A stretch of DNA of 64,000 bases from Diadema antillarum (lineage: Eukaryota), in contig NW_027271848.1 of the NCBI RefSeq assembly GCF_040938485.1, positions 310,001-374,000 of the forward strand, read 5' to 3'. The notes beneath the pieces were generated by a model. That model was not told where the DNA came from. It ran no database searches and was given only the letters and a program-made list of their open reading frames with translations. Below, in pieces: positions 12,314 through 26,386 of the stretch. The stretch's first letter is position 1; each line of letters opens with the position of its first letter. The position numbers and the translations under genes are program-made.

Positions 12314-15055
12314 ACAGGCCATGCAGACCATGCTCAGATCTCTTGATGACAGACAGAAGTAATCACATGGTGCACTATACCTAATATAACATTTATTCAC
12401 AATCACAAGTAAATTTCTGCCACATACTTTCTCTGTACACACTCAACTCTACCAGACTCCATAATCTCACCCACATAAAGTTCTAGCCTCTTGATATCGC
12501 AACATCTTTCTACAGACCTCACAAGTGACCTTCTGCACATACTACTATGTCTGTGACAATGGGCATCTAAGCACCACATCTTCCATGTAGAAGCAGAAGG
12601 ATGTTAGTTCCATTTGATAAAACTTGCAAGGTGCATCTCTTGCCCCTCACTCTGGCTTCAACTGACACGTACTTCTGCCCCTGGCTGCTGGAGCTAAAAC
12701 CTCTTCACTCTTCAAGAAATGGGATTTGAAAGTGGACATTGTACCTCAAATATGTTAACAACACTGGCAACTCACAAAACAGTATTATATCCTCAATTCT
12801 ACACACATCATTAACACACAAACAGACATGCAAACCATAAAACCCTGCTTATGATGTATCATAGTTTTCTTGCTAATTTCCCTTCCTCATCTTCATTTCT
12901 ATTTTTTAAATCTCAGTCATGCTTCCTTCTTCACAAAATACAATTCACCTGTTTTCTTCTTCCCATTAAAGGAGTCATCATAAATGATTTGTAATATATC
13001 TTAAATCTCTGCCAAGGCATTCAATTTGCATACAATATATACATAGTATTTGCAAGATTTTTGTTTTTCTTTTTACAGTTTAAGTCGTTGGTAGAATACA
13101 AAGACATTGACGGAACTATGCAGCAAAAGATGCTTGTTTTCCATGCCTGACAGTGTTATGGTTTGAACACAAACCTTCACTGCACAAGACTTTGCTACTC
13201 ACACAACAAATACAACAGTACTTGAGTGCCTACGTAAGGCATGTCTTCCCGTAGATATGACTTTTAAATATTCTGTGTTTTCAGCTGTCATAGAAACTAG
13301 TGTATAGAGAGTGGGACACAACAAAAATAGTTTTCTAAATCTCAAATTCACTCACTGTGCGGGAATGAAATAGCACACCTTAGCCCCAGAGGTATTAGGT
13401 AACTTACACATTCCAAACAGACACGGCCTGTGAATCTAAATTCAACTGCAGTCCCCCCCCCCCCAAAAAAAAAAAAAAAAAAATCTCTTTCCAGTTTTTA
13501 TCTTCTTTATCGCACACTAAGTTGTCACTGCAGTAACACTAGTCAGAGGTCAAGTCTTCCTCTTGTGAAATATTTCTAAAGTATCTCACATTCCTTTCCA
13601 TTCATGTTTTCATGCCATATTTTACAACAAATCCTCTACAGTCAAAGGTTGGTTTGGTTTAATCTCATATTTACTCACAAAATTCCACTTCCACTGAAAT
13701 GGTAGCCCCGTGGCAGTTACAGTGTGACATGTGGTCCCACACATTAAACTCCATGTAACTTTACAACCGACTAAATTTCTGATCTCTTGTTTAATCAGGA
13801 TAGTTGCTACATGGGAGCATGGACACATCTACATGTACCTAATCACTAGTATTGAATAGTACTCATGTGTCAAAAGTGACAAACCGTTGTGTGAAAATTC
13901 CCCTATCGATTTTAAAGGGGGAAATCAATTGTGTCAAAGCCAACACTGGAATCACAAAACATGTATGTGATAGATAGAAGAGTTGTTACAGTTTACAGTA
14001 AAAAGAAAAAAGGAAATCTTTATCACTACAGATGCACAAATATTTTGATTCATTTTGGAATGGTGCAGTCATAAAAACATACATTCTGTATCTCACCTTA
14101 TCAAAATCCAACGTGACACCACAAAACAGCTGAACCCCACAAATTTTGGCAAAATCTTACTTCACATGGAGACAAATTTCAAGGCTTGTAATTGTTCGGA
14201 GTTGCAGAGTGCTGAAATGATGAGTATGCACCAGTAGATCGAGATACACTGACTCTGCACGACAAAATATTTGGTCGGCAATTTCTTCCTTCTTCACAAA
14301 CTATACGTCTCTATCTTTTGCTTTAAGAATATATTCCACACCAATATAATTTCATGTGTTTTTTTAATAAATTCATTTGTGTGTTTCAGGGAAACTTTGG
14401 TGTTGATCATCAGTCTACATTGTTTCTGTCTAAGTCATATATTCTAAAACCATATTGGATATAGGTTTGGTCCTTCACAGGCAAATGACTGTTAAATTTT
14501 AGGACAAGCCACTCAACTGTGAACATTTTGCAACAATGCACCAATGACTAGAATGTTGATCAGCTGTGTAAAGTTACACAACTGTGAAAATGCTTGGATT
14601 ATACTTCAAAACCTCACTCCATGTTTATCAAATTCACAAGACAGACACTACTACATCACTACAGTGCAAACACTGGCTAAAAAATGCTAGGCAGGAAATA
14701 TTTAACATTACCACAATGATGTCGGTGTGCGTCACTACCCTAACATTGACTGCTGGTGATGGGAAATTCAGAAAAAAAAAAAAGAAGAAAGATGAGAAAA
14801 AGGGTATCCAGCATCCCAATTATAAAAGGTAGACGTCTGAGAGGCTCTCTTTTTTTTTTCTTGCCACTCCAAACCATGCCATACAATAAGGATTTTGCAT
14901 TCACTATTGGCAGAGAAATGGGAAAAGGTAATCCAGTCTCGTCCATTTCAGGGATGGTCAAAGCCGTGCAAAGCCTAATATGAACTCCACCCACACTGGA
15001 AGCAGTATAAGATGTCTAATTAGTCCACCCCGCAGCTGATATTTTTGTTCATACT

Positions 15056-15310
15056 GCATAAATGCAATAAGACCGTGGGCTTCCATGCATGTACGAGGTT
15101 CGATTCCCCGCCTGGCAGTAGTGACCTTCAGCAAGGCACTTTTATCCTCATTGCTAAGTTTTTCGGAGGAGATTTGAAGCAGTCGTTCCCTTGTGTTGGA
15201 CAGCATTACCCTGGCATTATGCATAGAAAAGAACCCACTACACTTCTCTTGCAAAGAGTAGGCTGAAGTGGCCAAATGCTAAAAAGACTGGCCGATATCT
15301 GCAATAAATT
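15056..15310 (+). mobile_element. Degenerate tRNA-derived SINE
   Basis: B-box-like GAGGTTCGATTCC followed by gtgaccttcagcaaggcactttt, a SINE central-domain-like sequence. Confidence 0.6.
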
Positions 15311-16205
15311 TTTTAATGGAAGGAGGCAGTTTACCCTCAAGATAAAGAAGAGGAAGAAGAATATAGTACTAATACCCCTACCTTATACTATGTGTGGACA
15401 ACAGCCACAGTAAATTTTGCTCAAGAGGAAATTTCATGAAAGCAGTGACTATGGCCATGGTAGGTCATCAAACAGACATGTAACAAAGGACTAGGAACTC
15501 ATTCTTTGAAATGACTTTGGAAACAATTTGATGCCTACTGCATACATGTTTTGTACATTTGTCAAGGGGAAGCAGATCTTTACTTTTGCCTCATAGATGC
15601 CACCCACACAAATGTGCATCTCCTTTCACTGTTTAACATTGGTGAATTCCTGGCCATAACACCTTAGAATGCAAGTGATCAGACCTACTCATTACTTAAC
15701 CTTCCCCAGTAAAACAGTTGATTAATTGTGATAGAGGTGCTTAAACTTCTCTTACATGTTGCTTAAACTTTTCTGGTCTGTCATTAAAATATTTTCTTTA
15801 CAAAAGAGAAAAAAAGAAAGGAAAAGATAAAAAGATGACATTTTAAAGATACGTTCTACCAAAAGATAGAAAATGGAAACTTCCTGGCAAGGTTATTCTA
15901 ATGAAATACATGTAATAATAATGCACATTATACTCCCCTAAATAACAAAGGATAAGGGTTTGGTATGATTGTGCCTTATTTAGTGAAAACTAGGTAGATT
16001 TATTTTTCTATGCAGATTTCTTGTTTTGCTTCATAAGCCTTGAGGTAAGGTTCTGCAGAAAACATTTCCAACTCTCTCGCACTGTCATGGCATGACCCTT
16101 GGCATACTCGATGGTACAGTCGTCAAGGGCAGCAAGTGTTACCACGTATTGCCAAGCTGGTAACGAAGACTATGTCCCAAAATAGAAAACTATGTCCAAA
16201 GAGAA

Positions 16206-16298
16206 TTAACCCGTTGAGGACTGGCGGATTTTTCGACAACACACATTGCCCATAGATGCCTATCCGAGTATACTCGGGACCAGTCTTGAACAGGTTAA
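16206..16298. mobile_element. ~90-bp piggyBac-type MITE, copy A
   Basis: TTAA|CCCGTTGAGGAC...CAGG|TTAA, internal palindrome CCGAGTATACTCGG. Confidence 0.8.
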
Positions 16299-17650
16299 AT
16301 AAGAATTCTATCACTGGAAGTAAAGTTTTATTATACCTCTGCTAGCCTACATCAAGGCTGCCGAACATTCACACGACAAAACCACAAGGGTTCCAAGGAG
16401 CAATTAGGAAGATGATTGCATGTTATGTGCATCTCACTGGGCAAAAATAACCCCAAAATAATCCCAAAATCGGGGGAGGGAGGAGGGGGGAGGGGGGAGT
16501 ACATTATGACATCAAGAAATAGTAAATCTTTTGGGGACGGCTCCTTTAGAATCAGGGAGACTCAACAGCTTCGCTAGGTTGATATCCAATATTGTGTTCA
16601 CAGACCCTCTGATTCAACGAGGTATAATCGATATCTTTTCCTTTGTCTTTGCAATGAGATGTCAAAATCGCCATATCAAAAAAATGTCTGCTCTGCCTCA
16701 GTTTCAATGCGGGAGCTTTGTACACATACATTCATACATTACTCCTTCATGCCCCTACACTGAACCACTTCCCAACATCAATGCTTAGAATACATGTTAT
16801 ACATCTCTGTAATTACACTAAAAATATATTTGTATTCAATCTATAACTTTCTCTTGCAAATGATATATCTCTCTGCTCTTTAGCAAATATACAAAAAAAA
16901 ATTTATCGATGTCATGTGATCGTTATCTTATATTTTTTTTTGTTGCTATTTGATCATCACATTAAAACACACAAGCAGACTAGTGTAATTTGCAAAACAA
17001 AATAGTACAATCCTTTAGATTACACTCTATTCACAATTAACTTAAATATGGAATGATTTGACACATAGATCTCACAATGTCTGTTTGCTGGTAAAGCTAA
17101 TCCTTCTCGCAGTGTCTTCAAAGAACACCTAACATCACACTTTGCATTAGATGTACAGCTTGGTCTTCCATCTGTCAATCTTAGTATTCTTTCCTTCGTC
17201 TTTCTGATCTCCTGCGGATAAAAAACCCAGAGATAAATACAGGCTGCAGTCTTATCTGATTACTCTCGGAGCATCAAAGGTCTCAGACCTCTCACCCCAC
17301 GTCGTCCCCTGGCCAATTAGCCTCCGACAGAGAGTGGAGTTTTCATTCCGAGTGGCGGCAGCATGGATGAATTTTTATCGACAAACCGAATCCATCATCA
17401 CGTTTCATTTCTTCATCAAAAGAAGGACACTGTCCTGTTTTTGGGGTGATTTCGGCAGCTTTTTGGCAGCTTTCAATCACAGGCGGTTCCAATTGCACTC
17501 CAGATAAAAGCAGAAAACTGCTACTTAAATCTCTTCCAAAATGTCTGATTCCTCGATAATCGATTCCGACCGATGGCTGGACTCCATCCATTGCACGTTG
17601 CATTCTCAAAATAAAAAAGCAACACATGCAGCAGGCAATGCCGTCTGATC

Positions 17651-17938
17651 TCAGACCTCAAACTTGACGGATCCCTGTGTGGCCCGGCTCAGCGTGCGCC
17701 CGACGCTGCCGCCAGTGGTTGTGGGGCTGGACCCCGCCCCGATTCCCGTGGGGCCGACGCCCCCGGCCCCGTGGTAGGACGCCGTCCTGGTGGCGGGCTG
17801 CTTGGCTGCACGCACCGGCTTGGAGCGTCCCGGCAGGCTGAAGCAGCCCTTGCGCAGCACCACCCTGGCATTGCCGACAGCCGGACGAGAGCAACGGCTC
17901 AGGCCATCTAGGTGTGCTGCATAGCCATCACTCAGGAT
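17651..17938 (-). CDS. rdgB: Terminal coding exon E20 ([10 protein letters not shown]...GSVKFEV*), 288 nt
   Basis: ctcatag|ATC acceptor; DGYAAHL motif; TGA at 17651-17653. Confidence 0.94.
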   Translation of the reverse strand: MLSDGYAAHLDGLSRCSRPAVGNARVVLRKGCFSLPGRSKPVRAAKQPATRTASYHGAGGVGPTGIGAGSSPTTTGGSVGRTLSRATQGSVKFEV

Positions 17939-20900
17939 CTATGAGAGAGAAAGATAGGGAAGAGATGGTGAGGCAGATAAAGACAAACAAACAGAAAGAG
18001 AAACAGAGAGATTATATTTCACGAAAGAACAGAGATATATATTTCACGAAAGAACAGAGAGATATATATTTCACGAAAGAACAGAGATATATATATTTCA
18101 CGAAAGAACAGAGATATATATTTCAAGAAAGAACAGAGATATATATTTCATGAAAGAACAGAGATATATATTTCACGAAAGAACAGAGAGGAAGAAAAAA
18201 ATATGAGGAACCTTGTATCACATATGACATCTTCACAAAAATATGACTGGTGGAAATCAGGATTACTACAAACATTAGAACCCTACTACTATCTTTTTAG
18301 AAGGCAGCTTGTTACATGTATCCTCCATTTAAAACCTCCTACCTACTTCAATACCCATTGTTCAATTATTACTACTGCTATTATTACTATTATCATTATT
18401 CATTTATCTGTTCATTCACGTATTCATTTATTTATTTATCTGGCATTTCAATATAAATACAAATGAAAATATTCATCAATTAATTAATATAACACAATAT
18501 TTTGAATTCACTCCACATGAATTTGTTTAAATTTTGCAACACTTACCATAAAGCAATTCACTTACAGATGTAAATATTTGAGATAGTTTGCAATCATACA
18601 ATTGTGTTCATGACTGTACATAATTTTGCTGGAAATGAAAAATCAATGAGATGACGAAAGACTGGATTCAGCTAGGAAGATTATATGATACTCACCACGG
18701 CTTGGTTCTGGTATTTCTTGGAGACCTTGCCGACAATGTAGATCTGGGATGGTTTCAGGCCAATGCTGGAGTAGATTGGGATGTCTTTGCTGGAACCGTA
18801 TGCAGCATGGATTATTATCTTGTTCTGCAACAGAGAATAAGGATAAGTGGAAAATTTGACACATGAAATTCAGTGCCTCAATGACAGAGGGATGGCTGAA
18901 TGCATGAAAATGGATGGGAGAGGCAAATAAAGGATTCAATACAAAAATAGACATATCAGTCAATTAATATAGACTAAATCAATGTATGGAGCATGATATT
19001 AATGATTATTATCAAATGAGCGAGTGACTACATGAATCAATGAATAAGCGAATTAATGACTGCATGAATGAATGAATGTACAAATGAGTGATTGGTTGAA
19101 TGAAGCAAATGATGGAACAAAGACTGAATGAATGAATATCAACCCGTTGAGGACAAGTCCTGAGTATACTCAGGCATGGGTCTATGGAAAATGCATGTAG
19201 TAGCAAAATCAGTCCTGTCCTCAACAGTTAAAAATGGAGAATGCATATGGTTAGTTACCATCACAACATCAATGTAGAGTAGAACAAATATCTGCCTTAA
19301 AATATGTAATAAGTTCTCTAAATGGTATAAGGGCCAGAAGGAACTAATAAATTGAACTTATGCTGGTCTCCAGATACACATCTTCTTGACAAAAAGCCTG
19401 AGACTCCAACTCTCAAAAATTTGAGGCCATTTTCTCAAAATCTCCCACTTTTCCTCTGTAGTTTACATTTCTCCCGCTCTAGCTGAGTGTCTCCTGCTTA
19501 AAATCTAGCTTTATCCCATCCAACTGTTAGTTTTGTCATGTTCAAAAGCAAAGGCTAAGATAGCATGAGAGAGCACCTAGAACACTCGAGATTCAAGAGC
19601 CTGGACCCCTGCCCCAAGGGATGTCGCACTTAGCACTCATGATATGTACTGCATGTAAGAGTGCATGTTCGTAAGATTAGAGTCCCCAGTTTGCTAGAGG
19701 GTTTGGGCAGGAGAATCTCCAGTTTAAGAGATGTTTTGGGTTTGGAGTCTCTAAGAAGGTGTGCGAGACAGAAAGAGAGGAAAGAAAAGAAGAGAGAGAA
19801 AAGGGAGAAAGAGTAAAAAGAAATTTGGGGTGTTCCCCTTGGAGCCCGACCTGCTCGATGAGTCCCTTGAGGTAGTTGGCCTTCTGGCGGAGAGGGTCCG
19901 TAGTGATGCTGTCACAGAAGGAGACGGCGCCGTGGGGAAAGTTGTGCTGGGCCAACCAAGAGACCACCTTCTGTTTCTGCATGCTGGGCCTTGCCGTCAC
20001 GTAGATGATCAGGTAGTTCAGCTCCTGCCAGTGCCTGTAGGGCGCCATCACAGTCACCACGAAGGACAGTCATGAAAGTGGGTAAAAAATATATTTAGTG
20101 GCATGAATGAAACTAGAGACATCAATTCTATTGTTTGTTAAGCTTTTTTCCTTCCCACCTATTTCCAACTCATGTTTGGTAGGTAGATTATTTTTAACAA
20201 CAAGAATACAAAAAAGCTGCAGTGTCTAATGCGTGCTTTATTACTAGTGACTATCTGTTAAGTGTGTAAGTATAATATTGTCGACAAAGTGAGAGCAATT
20301 ACAATGCCAACTATATTGTTTTCAACTCATTTGCATCTTCAAGGAATGCACTGCATTAATAAAAAACAAAGCCAAAGTACGTAAAACAATACTTGAAATT
20401 TGATGATGCTATCTACACGCTTACTAGGCATAAAGCTCATACAATATCACACATCAGAAGCAAATAGCATTCCTGACTTGCTGATGAATGAACACTTGGG
20501 AAACCGTATCACGGCAATTACAATGAAAATCATAAGACAACAGCAAATAATATAGACACATAAATAAAGTTTAATTCAGACATGAAATATACAGATAAAG
20601 TATTCTTTACCTTCTTGCCTAGCTACCTGTAGGCTACCACTTAAACAGGTTAAACAGGTAAAAAACACGGTTTTACTCCAAATACTGACATCAACAGTTT
20701 GTTACTGATGGACACTTCCCAAGGTTAAAAGGACGGTCCACTCACACTGACCGCTCAAAGCATACATATGCCTCACCTGACTACATCGACGGCCCCCGCC
20801 CTGACCTTGGGGTCACGACCCATGATGGAGACGCTGGCGGTGAAAGACCCGTCGATGCTGAACACGACACATTCAGTATTGGGTGGGACTACAGTCAAGT

Positions 20901-23900
20901 AGGCATCGGATGACGTGTGGTCACCTCTGTGAACAGTGAAAAGATGCACAAACACACAACAGGTCAATTCTGTGTCCAGATATTTTTCAGTTTATTTGTG
21001 GGTTGTTGTTTCTTTGTTTTTTGGCAAACCCAAGGACTCAGTAACAAGGTTCCTATTGAATACAATTCATACCTTTGAACACAATCTGAAATCATAAGAA
21101 TTGATATGTCTGTCAATTAAAAAAAACAAGTCAAACAAAGAACCCTGAATGCATGTAAATGAATAAGAGACAATTCAGTTCACTTCGTTATTATTTCCAT
21201 AAGCCTAAACTTACAATGAAATCAATTTCTTGAGGTATAATACACCAAAACAATCTACAATCTACAGAAGTTGAATCAATGACTGCAACACAGAGAATCA
21301 TACTCTTTGAACAAAGAAACAGACATCTCAATAGGTTCATTCTTTCATATGCTCAGATATAAGTAGCAAATCCTCATTACCATTCAAAATCATCTTTAGA
21401 GGAAAGCAATAGCTTCTAATGGTCCAGACCAGGACATTGAGACAAAAGCACCACAAGTGGATTGATTGACCACTAGGGAATTCTCCCCAGTACACACCTC
21501 ACTACCATCTTGACCGGATAGATGCCCTGGCCGAGTCTTCTGGACTCTGGAATGGTGTAGGAGACCCTCCCGTTGCTACTGGTCACTTCGGTGGCAAAAT
21601 GCACCCACTCACCGGATGGGGGCTGGGTCATGATGTGAATGTCCACCTGGCAAAAAATGAAAACACCACAAATTAATGTGGATGCCAGGGAAACCAACTT
21701 GAACAGTGGAAATCTATTGCTCCTTGCAGTATAATTTCTCAGGGCTGAAACAGGAGTAATGGATAATCCTATTCAGTCATTTCCTTTATCTTTCAGTTTA
21801 GCATGTGGTCACTTTTGCTTCCAAAAAATGAGGTTTTGCAAATGATGGAAAGTATTTCAACGTGAGCTTGATGATGACATATCTTAAAAGCTAATGACCA
21901 AGTCAAATGCACACTACACTTAAGATTTTTGCTTCAAAAATGCACAATAGCTGAGTCGGAATGTCAGCAGCATTGTCAATGTAGAATTTTAACAAAATGT
22001 GTGATACAGTCACAAACGATGGACTATGAATGTTTCACTTTACATAAAGCTCTCAAACAATGGATTTGAGCAGGAAATTTACAACTGCCAGAATTGTTTT
22101 CTACCGTGTCATTGGCTAGTTTACTAACACACCTACACCAACACACACATACTTATGGAGGTAAAGTAACACATTGTACATACAGTGTAAATACATGGGT
22201 ATATGGAGAGGCACATCTAGATAAACAGATACATGGATAGATAGAAGGACAAATGGATAAAGAGAAGAAGAAGAGTACGAGGATGATCAATGAAGTAACC
22301 AACCTTTTCCCCAGTGAGAGTGACCATGTCCAAGGTGCTGTACATAAATCTACCAACTAGTGTTTGAGGAGCCCCCTCCATGACTACTACATCCTTGGCC
22401 CTGTGGTTCGGGTTCACACTTTGCTGTGGAAGACAAAACACAACATTTCATCCACACTACGGCATACTAGCAAAGCAGATGTGAACTGAAGGGTTCCATG
22501 ACATTTGCTCCTCCGACAACTGCTCCATTAAAATATGTGCACGCTTAGCCAAAGGTGAGTTCTACCCAGTCATAACCCTTGCCCTAATCCTAATCCTCAC
22601 ATCAAACTAAACCTAAAACCCTATCAAATCTATAACCCTAGCCCTAAAGTCCTTGGAAAAAATTAGACCGGAGCAATTGTCGCAGGAGAAAATGTTGTGT
22701 CACCGAACTGAAGTGACTCATACATGTACATCAGTCAAGGAATTTCCAACTACATTTCAGTTTGCACTGTTACTACAAATTAATCATTGCACCACAAGAC
22801 TCAAGTCTTAGACTGTCACATAACTACATTGTAGTTTGCATCATTTGATATAGAGTGTGAAAAACTTCAGTTTGCGGAACAGAACAAAACTTACCTTTAC
22901 ATTCTATCAGTGTTTACCAATTTACATGTACTTTGGAGATTTAATTCCTGATGAAAAATAGATCGGTAACATCATTTTCGCATCTACATAATTCATCCTG
23001 CTCTCAATTTGACATTTGTTGCAAGGCCATTGTGTTACTGCCATGAACAGGCTTCACTTCTTACAGTGTTGTGGCTGCCTGGTATCAGCAAGTCATATAT
23101 TCAAATCTCAGGCCGATTCTTTGTTTTTCACTAGGTTATATATAATATACAGATCAAAGAAACAAATCATACTTACTGAGAGCTACAGCAAATATGTCTG
23201 TCTTTGATGATTTTACTTCAGGTTCTTATGATAATTTGATCATTTTGCTATGCTTCAATATGGACATGAAGAATTTTATCACAAAACGAGCTAAATCCAT
23301 TCTTGGTAAGTTTAGATATTTGTGATTAAAGCTGCTAAAAAACAAATAAAATAATAAGAAAATTTAGGAGAGTCTTAATAATAACTTATACAATATTCCT
23401 TAATATGTTACAAGTGAGGTATCTATACTGGAAGGGTTTAATTTTCCTCTGATGATGGACTTACTTTGAAATGTTTAAAAATGGTGTTTAGACCATTTTG
23501 CAACAAAAGTTTTTCATTAATCAATAAGGTCATAAATAAAACAGAAAAATCTGATATCTGTCAAGAAAACTTTGTTTTGTTTTGTTTTTGGTTATGTGAC
23601 TACCTTCATCTTGACTGACGTCCTCTTCCTCTGCCACTTCTCCCTGGGCTGGGCTGGTACAAAGTTTGCCATCACTGACCCATCTCCCCCATGGCCACTG
23701 ATGCTGTCGCTATGGAACACCTGGAAGACAGGAAAATATAACAATAACTAGAGAAGCACTCTGAGAGCGCAGACCTCCGCCAAGCATGCAGCTCATTTCC
23801 ACCACTGATCTTGTTCTTCCATAGAGATATCAGTGATTTCCACCCATATGTACTTATAGCATGCTGAAAGTGTTTATAGTGTGCTGAAAGACGCCGAATT

Positions 23901-26332
23901 TCCCAATATAGAAGCTTCTGTTACGTCATAAACCCTCAGCTGCACGGCGCGCCTCGCCCTAGCAGAAACTAGAGCACGCACTTTAGTGCGTGCATGCAAA
24001 CCTCAAATATGCGCAGCCTGAACTCCCAAGTTCATTAACCCTACCTGCCAAAATATCAAAAATCCTTCATAAATTCCCCAAAAATTCTTGGATCACTACC
24101 AAAAGTCAATCGTTTGTTACTTGTGTCATTCTCAACCTTTCCTGCAAGTTTCATCCCAACCGTTAACTACTTTTTGAGTTATTTTGCACATGGACAAACT
24201 AACTAACTAACTAACGAACATATATTGTACACACAAACCAACGGTAATGAAAACATAACCNNNNNNNNNNNNNNNNNNNNNNNNNNNNNNNNNNNNNNNN
24301 NNNNNNNNNNNNNNNNNNNNNNNNNNNNNNNNNNNNNNNNNNNNNNNNNNNNNNNNNNNNNNNNNNNNNNNNNNNNNNNNNNNNNNNNNNNNNNNNNNNN
24401 NNNNNNNNNNNNNNNNNNNNNNNNNNNNNNNNNNNNNNNNNNNNNNNNNNNNNNNNNNNNNNNNNNNNNNNNNNNNNNNNATCATAATAATAATAATGTC
24501 TTATTTATCAGGGTAGCCTCTTCAGTATTGCCACTGCTCTACAAGAGGGCCCTGCCATTATAATTACCCTAGCGTTGCCAGGCACCTATTTATACACCTG
24601 GGTCAAAAGGGACATACAGGTTTGTAGTGGGTTAAAACATCTTGTCCAGGGATGTAAGCACTGGGCAGAAATCAAATTCGAGTCCTCCGATTCAGAGTCG
24701 GGAGTCTCATCCACTACATCACAGTGCCCCTAATACACAATGATTCACTCAGCATTTAGAATCAGCAATTCCTTTATAACATGTAGAAACACATCAAGCT
24801 ACGTTATCACCACATACAGTTCTCACTACATGTGAAAGTAGAATATGCTATAAAGAGAAGTAGAACTCTGCAGATCATATTTCCTTTCACACACTTGAAT
24901 TTCTATAGTCAGCGACAAGCAAACTTAGGGTGCTAATATACCACACACTCTGTACTACTTGTATTCCACAGTTTACTTTCAGTTCATTTTCTCTATGTGC
25001 AATTTGTTCTGCATCACACATAAACATGCAATTCTGCATTAGAAAATTGGAAGAGCTTGCCTCACTGTCGTCGTAGGGAAAAAAAAAAAAGAACGCACAA
25101 ACCACAAATGCAAACACGCTCAGGGGAACGGACACTTAAGGAAAGCTGTCACACTATGGAACCATCACAAGAGAAATCTATTGACAGTATCTAGTTATTA
25201 AGTTTATACCCCTGCTTCAAAAACTCTACAGACATTGGTTTTTTCCATACACCACAATAGGCAAATTTACAGCTTAACATGTTAAATCTTAGACTGATGG
25301 TTTGTATACAATACTTGCAGATGGCTACTATAAAAGTGAAAACATAGTTCTGGTAAGGGTTTGAGAACCAGTTTCTGATCGCTACATATTTTATACATAG
25401 GCACATGTTCAGTTTGTATGCGCGCCAAAGAAGTTCTTTGATGTGTATGTTGTATCGGCCCATAACTGCGACCAGCCAGAACGTGAAGCACTCCCAGAAT
25501 ACAACACTGTACAATCCAGAGGGACAACTCGGCCTTGCTGTGATGGCGGGGCCGAGGTGTCCCTGAGTCTGAGTTTTAACCAGACCCCCCTCGCGTAAGT
25601 TCTCAGTTTTGATCAATATTTCACATTTTTGTCATTACCCAACAAATATCTTATTACACCATTATTCCACACATTTCTTAGGCATAAGTGTATATTTTGG
25701 AGCAAAATTGGACAATTCTGCAGGTGTCTTAGAACCATGTTTTGCTTTTCATTGTTCAATCATGACACAAACATTTTTCTACTGTCTTTCCAAGTGTGAC
25801 CCCTCATTACCTGTCTGAGAATGAATGCAATCGTGTCGGTCGACTCCCAGTAACTGGCATGGAACAGATGTGGGAGGGCGCCCGTCGGGAATGCTTGTAG
25901 AGCCTCGGGACAGTAGAGGGCATAGTCCAACCTCTTGCTACCCCACCATTTTGATGTGATTGCATTGACAGCTAAAATAAATGCATAAATAAATTTCATA
26001 ACTGCCATGTTTAGTTGAAGGGGTGGTACAATGTATTGGTGCTGGTATTTCCATGCATTGCAAAATTCACATCTCAGATTTTGTACAAACATACTGCCTT
26101 GCAAATAAATTGTGTATATTCAATGCATGTCTTTTTCCAGGAATTTTTGCTTCAATTTATTCACTACTTTAATATTGCATCAATCAAATGCTTCACTTGA
26201 ATGTGAATAAAAACAGCAAATGAAATTTCAGTACAATTGTCAATTATTCGAAAACATATTCACATACATCATGATACAATGATAATTTCTAAAGAATAAA
26301 GTAAGCAAAGTGTTCAAGAATGAATGTATACA

Positions 26333-26386
<54 letters not shown>

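Noticed and set aside
15056-15120. tRNA gene calls at the SINE heads (also 24660-24730 and 60845-60900)
   Set aside because: The boxes are degenerate, there is no complete cloverleaf, and SINE bodies follow
17600-17653. Stop-codon readthrough of rdgB
   Set aside because: The context is TGA-G rather than TGA-CTAG, and the next in-frame TGA follows after 14 codons
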